Source: Octopus sinensis
Taxonomy: Eukaryota
Assembly (NCBI RefSeq): GCF_006345805.1
Contig: NW_021829744.1
Location: forward strand, 1-5,972
Direction: 5' to 3'
Length of the DNA: 5,972 nucleotides
In this document: in pieces, positions 1 through 5,972 of the stretch
Layout: every line of letters starts with the position of its first letter
Position numbering within the stretch: the stretch's first letter is position 1
The notes under the pieces: generated by a model
Told to the model about the DNA's origin: nothing
Databases searched by the model: none
What the model saw: only the letters and a program-made list of their open reading frames with translations
Translations under genes and position numbers: made by a program

Positions 1-141
1 TGTATCACTGCATATCTCTCCCGCCTCCGCTCCAGGGAGAAGAGGTTTGGTACCTTCAGTCTTTCCCGGTGGCTGACATTTTGCATTGAGACGATTTTCT
101 TTGTGTAGCTTCTCTGAGTTGCTTCGAGTTCTGCTGTTTGT
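1..141 (-). mobile_element. Inverted, 5'-truncated fragment of the same LINE ORF2 (C-terminal region); continues beyond the left window edge
   Basis: Reverse complement aligns with 3928-4064, with 5-6 substitutions plus 4 extra bases (GAGT, 126-129). It translates as [46 protein letters not shown]. Confidence 0.93.
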
Positions 142-206
142 ATATATATGTATATATATATATATATGTATGTATATGTATATATATATATATATGTATG
201 TATATG

Positions 207-237
<31 letters not shown>

Positions 238-386
238 GTATATATATATATATATATGTATGTATATGTATATATATATATATATATGTATGTATACATA
301 TATATATATGTATATAAATATGTATATATATATACATATATATATATATGTATACATATACACATATATATATAATACATGTATAC

Positions 387-419
<33 letters not shown>

Positions 420-522
420 CATATATACATATATATACATATATATATATATATAATATATACATTTATACATATATATATATATACATATATACATATA
501 TACATATATATATATATATACA
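141..522. repeat. Imperfect (TA)n microsatellite with TATG/TACA interruptions
   Basis: Directly visible; source of the spurious IYIY ORFs. Confidence 0.98.
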
Positions 523-700
523 TACTATTTTCAGCTTCGCCTCATATTGCATATTATTTCTCCATACAGGGGTTTTTTTTCAATGGCGGCCCATTTTCGC
601 GGGGTTCCACTATTCCCTTCTCTCTCTCCCTCTTTTACGTTGTCTGCCATCCCCCCTCTTCCTTTGCTAAGAGCATTTTTAAGCCAGCCCGTCATATTCC
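523..700 (-). repeat. Direct-repeat copy (~178 bp) of 890-1063; probable 3' end of an unidentified retroposon
   Basis: tactattttcagcttcgcc...gcccgtcatattcc occurs at both 523-700 and 890-1063. The copies differ by 2 substitutions and 6 homopolymer-length changes. Strand is inferred from the (AAT)n tail on the second copy. Confidence 0.85.
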
Positions 701-772
701 CATGTCAGGCCGAAGAACGAAATGTTCCCAAGATAAGAGAGTCTTTCTAATCTAATGTTGTGATTGAGCTGT

Positions 773-847
773 TTATTAGTTATTATTATTACTATTACTA
801 TTAGTATTAGTATTGTCCCTTTGATCCTCGGTCGAAAGTTTGCTTAC

Positions 848-890
<43 letters not shown>
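773..890. repeat. (TAT/AAT)n microsatellite: degenerate at 773-813, pure at 848-890, interrupted by ~35 bp of unique sequence
   Basis: Directly visible. Confidence 0.93.
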
Positions 891-895
<5 letters not shown>

Positions 896-1313
896 TTTCA
901 GCTTCGCCTCGTATTGCATATTATTTCTCCATAGAGGGGTTTTTTTCAATGGCGGCCATTTTCGCGGGGGTTCCACTATTCCTTCTCTCTCTCCCTCTTT
1001 TACGTTGTCTGCATCCCCCTCTTCCTTTGCTAAGAGCATTTTTAAGCCAGCCCGTCATATTCCGGTGCACCCGCCCTTGCCCCCCCCACCACCAATACCG
1101 GATATCTCTATATTTTTGCTCCATCTATACAGGATGTCGCTTCTCCCACCACCATTATAGGTGTCTACTCTTCGAACCCCCCTCTTCAATACGCTATTCA
1201 CTCACATGCATACCCCTCTCTGATATCCTACGTTCTACTTGCCTAGAACCTGTCATCATTCTCTGAACCACCCCTCCCCACTGGTGCTCCCCTATATTTC
1301 TGCACCCCCCCCC
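890..1313 (-). mobile_element. Unidentified interspersed repeat ending in an (AAT)n tail on the minus strand
   Basis: The minus strand is purine-rich and ends ...gcgaagctgaaaatagt(AAT)n, and its terminal ~175 bp are duplicated locally. I could not recognise a protein motif. The 5' boundary is uncertain. Confidence 0.45.
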
Positions 1314-1568
1314 CACATAAAAAGCACCATCCGAACGTGGCCGATGCCAGACCCTCTGGCACCTGTGCAGGTGGCACGTAAAAAACACCCACTACACTCA
1401 CGGAGTGGTTGGCGTTAGGAAGGGCATCCAGCTGTAGAAACACTGCCAGACTAGACTGGAGCCTGGGGCAGTCCCTAGCTCCCCAGACCCCGGTCGAAAC
1501 CGTCCAACCCGTGCTAGCGCGGAAAACGGACGTTAAACGATGATGATGATGATGATGATGATGATGAT
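1314..1568 (+). mobile_element. 3' part of a SINE / non-autonomous RTE-related retroposon of the kind abundant in octopus genomes, with a (GAT)10 tail
   Basis: Contains two cacRtaaaaaRcacc units (1314, 1375), the core ggttggcgttaggaagggcatccagctgtagaaac, and the terminus cgtccaacccgtgctagcgcggaaaacggacgttaaac followed by (GAT)10 at 1539-1568. Family assignment is from recognition, not from a search. Confidence 0.78.
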
Positions 1569-1782
1569 AGATATATATATATATATGTATATATATTATA
1601 TAGATATATATATAGATATATATATATAGATATATATATATAGATATATATAATAGATATATAATATATATATATATAGATATATATATATATATATAGA
1701 TATATATATATATTATATATATACATATATATATATATAATATATATATATATACATATATATATTATATATATCTATATAT
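1569..1782. repeat. Imperfect (TA)n microsatellite with GATA then CATA interruptions
   Basis: Directly visible. Confidence 0.97.
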
Positions 1783-4414
1783 CACCCACCAGATGCTCTA
1801 AAACACTCAGGCATGTTTGAAGACTGCCTAGCAAAAATAGGAGAAGTCCTCCCGAACCTTGAACAGCACAACAGTGTATTCTTCATAGGTGACTTAACCT
1901 CCCCAATGTGGAATGGCCTGGGGGCAGATGCTCCCAGGATGACACACCATCAGCAGGCACAGGTGGAGTCCCTGCTCCATCTCACAAATGCCTCTTTGAT
2001 GGAGCAAATAGTTCTGCTGCAACCAACAAGGGCAGATAATATACTGGATCTCTGCTTCACAAACAATATGGATATTATCCATAATGTTAATGTGATGCCG
2101 ACAATGATCTCGGATCACAACTAATAGAGCTGGCTATGTATGGAACAAAAGCCCCCGCAGACACACAGCCTATACGACGCACCCACCATCTCTCCAACTT
2201 AACTTTCATAAAGCCTACTGGAAGTTGATTGAGAAAGAGATCCTCAAACAGGATTGGCCTGAATGTCTCTCCACACCGGACATAAACATGAAACACAAAC
2301 ACTTCATGTCCATAATACAAGCCTATGTGACAATATGTCCCAGTGTGCAGGGCCAGCACACACAAGAACAAAAACAGGATCCCTAGAGAAAGGAGGATTC
2401 TTATGAGACGACGGACAAGGATTGCAAACCGCCTGAGCAAGCACACCAAAGTGGGTGAGAGTCTCGGCTCGAAAGAATGCTAATGGAAACTGAGAAAAGT
2501 CTACATCAGTCCCATGAAAAGGAGAGAGCAGATAAAGAAGCTTGGGTAATAGAAAATATAAAATCAAACCCTAAAGCTTTCTTTAAGTTTGCCAAAGTGA
2601 CAGCCACAGTGCACCAGAGAATAGGACCTCTCTTCCAAAAAGATGGCTCTCTCACAGGAAATCCCACGTGGATAAGTGAAATACTGAACAAACAGTTCCA
2701 AAGTGTGTTCACTACACCTCTAGGACACAGGCAAGTAAACAACCCAGAAGAATTCTTTGCCACTTTGCCAGCGTCCAAAGAGACAAAAATTGAGTACATC
2801 AACATCGAAGATGATGATATCACACTAGCCATTGATGAGATTGACACAAACTCAGCTGCTGGACCTGATGGATTCCCAGCGATCCTTCTCAAATCGTTCA
2901 AACGAGCCCTTGCAAAACCGTTACAGCTTCTTTTTCAGAGCTTTCTTGCAAGTGGTAAGCTCCCAGTCAAACTGAAAGAGGGGGTAATATGCCCTATCCA
3001 TAAGGGAGGTAGCAGAGCAGATGCTAAAAATTATAGGCCTATCTCTCTGACCTCACACATCAGCAAAGTCATGGAACGAATAGTCCGTAAGAAACTAATC
3101 ATGTTCCTTGAAGAAAATGACTTACTGTCTGACACCCAGCATGGATTTCGACCAGGTAGAGGCTGCCTAACACAGCTCCTGCAACACTATGACTGGGTGT
3201 TGAAACAGCTACTAAATGGCTCAAATGTGGATGTAATATATCTCGACTTTGCAAAGCCTTTGATAAAGTCGACCATGGTATGCTCTGTCACAAACTGCGT
3301 GGTCTCGGCATAGGCGGAGAACTTGGAAGTGGCTGCACAACTTCCTAAAAGACAAAAAACAGGCAGTTGTGAGCAATGGAGCCACTCCAAGGAAATGCAA
3401 CTAACAAGCGGTGTCCCACAGGGCACTGTCTTGGGGCCACTGATGTTCATAGTGGCCCTTTCAGACATGCCTTCAGTTGCTACGATGACCACCCTTGCTA
3501 GCTATGCAGATGACACAAAAGTCTCCCACGCAATACAAAACCCTGAAAATATTGCGCATCTGCAACATGAGCTGGACACAATATATAGGTGGGCTGAGGA
3601 CCAACAACATGCAGTTTAATGCAGGTAAGTTCCAGGCCCTGCGCTACTGGCACACAAAGGTAAATGACGTGAAGACTGGATACACTGGCCCAGGAAGAAT
3701 TGCAATCCTGAGTCAAAATCAGTGCGTGACCTGGGCATTGACATGAGCAATGATGCATCTTTCCAAATGCATATTGCTAATCTGGTGATAAAATGCAGCC
3801 GTCTAGCTGGATGGATTCTCCGAACCTTCAGAACAAGAGAGAAGGAGACACTGATGGTCCTATGGAAAACATTCGTCCTCAGCCGCTTGGACTACTGCTC
3901 CCAACTTTGGTCACCACGCAATATAAAACAAACAGCAGAGAAGCAACTCAGAGAAGCTACACAAAGAAAATCGTCTCAATGCAAAATGTCAGCTCCTGGG
4001 AAAGACTGAAGGTATTAAACCTCTTCTCCCTGGAGCGGAGGCGGGAGAGATATGCAGTGATATACATCTGGAAAATCCTGGAGGGTCTTGTCCCAAACTT
4101 TGGCATTCAAAGTTACTCCAACCGCAGAACGGGGCGCCGCTGCGTGGTCCCAATGATTCCAACATCACCATCAAAATACAGGTCCAGATACTGCAACAGC
4201 TTGGGTTTCAGAGGACCACAGCTCTTTAACATCTTCCCTAAATGCCTGAGAGACTTACATGGTGTGGATGTGGGTTTTTTTAAACTAAACTGGATCTCTT
4301 CTTGTTGGAGTCCCAGATGAACCTACCTCACGACAGGAGACACGGATGCGGGCAGCAGCATCGAACTCCCTTGTTGATCAAGTGCCACGTATCAGAGGTG
4401 GATTCACAAACTAG
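1780..4414 (+). pseudogene. LINE ORF2 (apurinic-type endonuclease + reverse transcriptase), N-terminally truncated and multiply frameshifted in this sequence
   Basis: APE motifs: YHPP (1780; YRPP-like), GD(F)N (~1888), PTRADNILDLCFTN, SDH (~2110). RT motifs: AAGPDGFP, PIHKGG...NYRPISLTS, QHGFRPGR, YLDFAK/AFDKVDHG, SGVPQGTVLGP (PQG 3416-3424), YADD (3503-3514), [33 protein letters not shown]...SNSLVDQ. Stop TAG at 4412-4414. The ORF-track pieces 1813-2124, 2477-3313, 3323-3619, 3722-4009 and 3793-4320 are fragments of this one gene. Confidence 0.93.
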
Positions 4415-4488
4415 TGTAGCTCATTCAGCGGTGGTGCCCCAGCATGGCCGCGGCCTTCGGGCTAAAACATTTTTAAGGATTTAAGGAT
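4415..4488 (+). other. LINE 3' UTR with a GC-rich stem-loop and a (TTTAAGGA)2 tail
   Basis: Perfect palindrome GGCCGCGGCC (4446-4455) overlaps a GGCC-TTCG-GGCT hairpin (4452-4463). Octamer repeat at 4472-4487. Confidence 0.75.
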
Positions 4489-4592
4489 TATACATATATA
4501 AATATATATATATATATACATACATATATATATATATACATACATATTATATATATATACATATATATATATATACATATATATATTATATA

Positions 4593-4623
<31 letters not shown>

Positions 4624-4689
4624 ACATATAGATATATATATTCATATATAGATATATATATATATACATATACAGATATATATATATGT
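4489..4689. repeat. Imperfect (TA)n microsatellite
   Basis: Directly visible. Confidence 0.97.
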
Positions 4690-4781
4690 GTGGATTCACC
4701 AACTAGTGTAGCTCATTCTGCGATGGTGCCCCAGAGCATGGCCGCGGCCTCGGGCTAAGATATATTTAAGGATTTAAGGAT
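4690..4781 (+). mobile_element. Severely 5'-truncated copy (~90 bp) of the LINE 3' end
   Basis: Aligns with 4398-4488 (gtggattcac...ctagtgtagctcatt...ggccgcggcc...tttaaggatttaaggat), with several substitutions and indels. Confidence 0.92.
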
Positions 4782-4783
4782 AC

Positions 4784-4828
<45 letters not shown>

Positions 4829-4841
4829 CATATATATATAT
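4782..4841. repeat. (TA)n microsatellite
   Basis: Directly visible. Confidence 0.97.
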
Positions 4842-4842
4842 A

Positions 4843-4851
4843 AAGATGGCG
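4843..4851 (+). promoter_or_regulatory. YY1-type motif AAGATGGCG at the element 5' terminus (candidate internal promoter/initiator)
   Basis: Matches the YY1 consensus AAnATGGCG. The position parallels the YY1 site near the 5' end of human L1. Confidence 0.5.
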
Positions 4852-5392
4852 CTGAACTAATAACAAGTGTGTTAACGTCTCTCTCCTAAACATTAAGGAA
4901 GTCCTTCCAGAGATCGATGTTATCAGAAGCGAAAGCGAAATTGTCTGCAAAGCGAATATAAGTGAAAGTACAAGTCACTGTATTTGAGAAGAATATTTTC
5001 GCTTTTGATATAGTGTTTTGCAACTAGAACATACTCGCGAATACACGTGTTAAAACGCACGTGTGTTACTTTCCCGAAATCGAAGTGAATTTTATTCTTC
5101 GTCTGTGAATCAACAAGACACAGGATATTTTCGTTTTTGATGTATATCTGCGTGTTCTGAAAAAAGCCTCTGAAAATTTGCTGTTTAATACCAAATCGCT
5201 TAGGGAAATACAGAAAGTATTCCTCAACCTGTTGCACGTGCTACATCGAAACTCAAATCCCTTTTGTTTACAAAGTGCGCTTGGGGAATAAAAGGTCTGT
5301 CCTGTCTATCTATCTTCCTTTCTCATAAAAAGGATCGCGTAAGTACTCTCTCTCAGCCGGTAAGCTTCTCTCTCTCTCCCCGCTACAACGGA

Positions 5393-5972
5393 ATGGACAA
5401 CATGCAAAAATTAGAGGTGAATGCAAACACTGGCGTCAACAAAAGCCAGCGTAACTGGACGAAAGTAGAGCTGGAAGTTTTCATCAGAGGATGGAGCTCG
5501 CCGACAGATCGCAACCAACTAAAAAACATAGCGGCGACCTGAAAAGCCATGGCTTTATGAGGACGTTGGCGCAAGTAGAGAGGAGGAAAAGAGAAGTCGA
5601 AAGGGCCTACACTCTCATTGCACCACACATGGCTTTGCTAAGCCAAGTCCTCAAGGTGGACAAAGACAAAGAGAGAGAGATGGAAACAGGAAACACCAAC
5701 CACAGAGTGTCAAAAAATGACACGCCCACTGCCACAGTCGAAGAAGGCAAGCAGGGCAAACAACAGATAGGCGGCGATGGGGAAACAGAAAATAACCACC
5801 CGGATGAAAAGACCTATGCAGATAGGAACCAGTGGACAACCGTCCAACGGAGGAAGAAAAAACAGAGAGGAACTGGGGACAAGAAACCCCCGATAACATG
5901 CAAATTCTTCTGGAATGGAACCTGCTGGCATGGAGAAACAGGGGAAGGATGCAGGTTCGCTCATCCCAGGCC
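5393..5972 (+). CDS. Putative ORF1 protein (partial): Myb/SANT-like N-terminus, basic motif and CCCH zinc finger; one apparent 1-bp frameshift at ~5539
   Basis: Frame 2 from ATG 5393 reads MDNMQKLEV...RNWTKVELEVFIRGW...NQLKNIAAT*. Frame 1 is stop-free from 5455 to 5972 and reads LKSHGFMRTLAQVERRKREVERAY...QWTTVQRRKKKQRG...ITCKFFWNGTCWHGETGEGCRFAHPR. The ORF track misses frame 1, probably because it has no stop inside the window. Confidence 0.72.

Larger units (their letters stand above)
1780..4488 (+). mobile_element. 5'-truncated non-LTR retrotransposon (LINE), CR1/L2 group, APE + RT
   Basis: APE and RT motifs lie in colinear order, followed by a short 3' UTR with a stem-loop and a tandem octamer tail (TTTAAGGA)2 at 4472-4487. 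No LTRs. TA tracts flank both sides. The exact clade needs an RT phylogeny. Confidence 0.93.
4842..5972 (+). mobile_element. Putative 5' end (5' UTR + ORF1) of a full-length LINE, running off the window
   Basis: Starts abruptly after a TA tract with AAGATGGCG, then a CpG-containing ~550-bp leader and an ORF1-like nucleic-acid-binding ORF. Linkage to the upstream RT family is inferred from the shared TA context and orientation. Confidence 0.62.

Noticed and set aside
56-755. ORFs rich in I/Y/H/M (56-523, 86-670, 148-375, 348-755), and also 1514-1726
   Set aside because: Translations of TA microsatellites; not genes.
701-772. Minus-strand LILGT resembling the end of an R4/Dong restriction-like endonuclease
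   Set aside because: Match too short and surrounded by stops; not supportable by eye.
547-1443. Short ORFs on both strands over the duplicated repeat (poly-Ile, poly-Pro, G/R-rich)
   Set aside because: Low-complexity and skewed composition explain them; no recognisable domain.
2477-3619. RT as a bacterial retron, group II intron or DGR enzyme
   Set aside because: The upstream APE domain, non-LTR RT motifs, tandem-repeat tail and microsatellite-rich context indicate a metazoan LINE.
1894-4174. Minus-strand ORFs (1894-2118, 2087-2449, 2304-2567, 2506-2901, 3187-3492, 3498-3758, 3989-4174)
   Set aside because: Antisense shadows of LINE ORF2.
1888-4310. Programmed ribosomal frameshifting in ORF2
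   Set aside because: Too many shifts, inside conserved motifs and without consistent slippery heptamers; error or decay is more parsimonious.
4472-4487. TTTAAGGA repeat as a telomeric repeat
   Set aside because: Only two units, fixed to the LINE 3' end in both copies; consistent with a CR1/L2-type tail.
4398-4781. Direct repeats (4398-4488 / 4690-4781) as LTRs or a CRISPR-like repeat-spacer array
   Set aside because: They are LINE 3' ends separated by microsatellite; no TG...CA termini, PBS or regular spacers.
4923-5964. Minus-strand ORFs 4923-5237, 5383-5628, 5651-5899 and 5710-5964
   Set aside because: No motifs. The last three are antisense to the motif-bearing plus-strand ORF1. An ORF0-like antisense role for 4923-5237 has no support from sequence alone.

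Overview
Eukaryotic, repeat-dense window with no host gene. The repeat content suggests a cephalopod (probably octopus) genome; this is inferred from recognising the SINE/RTE-like repeat at 1314-1568. The window is a nest of non-LTR retrotransposons embedded in (TA)n microsatellites. It contains (i) a 5'-truncated CR1/L2-group LINE (1780-4488) with a frameshifted APE-endonuclease + reverse-transcriptase ORF2, a 3' stem-loop and a (TTTAAGGA)2 tail; (ii) an inverted fragment of the same LINE at 1-141 and an extra ~90-bp 3'-end copy at 4690-4781, each bordered by TA tracts; (iii) from 4842 to the window end, what looks like the 5' end of a full-length element: a YY1 motif, a ~550-bp leader, and an ORF largely missed by the ORF track encoding a Myb/SANT-like (trihelix) N-terminus, a basic WxxVxRRKKK motif and a CCCH zinc finger; (iv) a SINE/RTE-like repeat with a (GAT)10 tail; (v) a duplicated ~175-bp end of an unidentified (AAT)n-tailed repeat. 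Most frameshifts are 1-bp homopolymer indels and may be long-read consensus errors rather than real decay.
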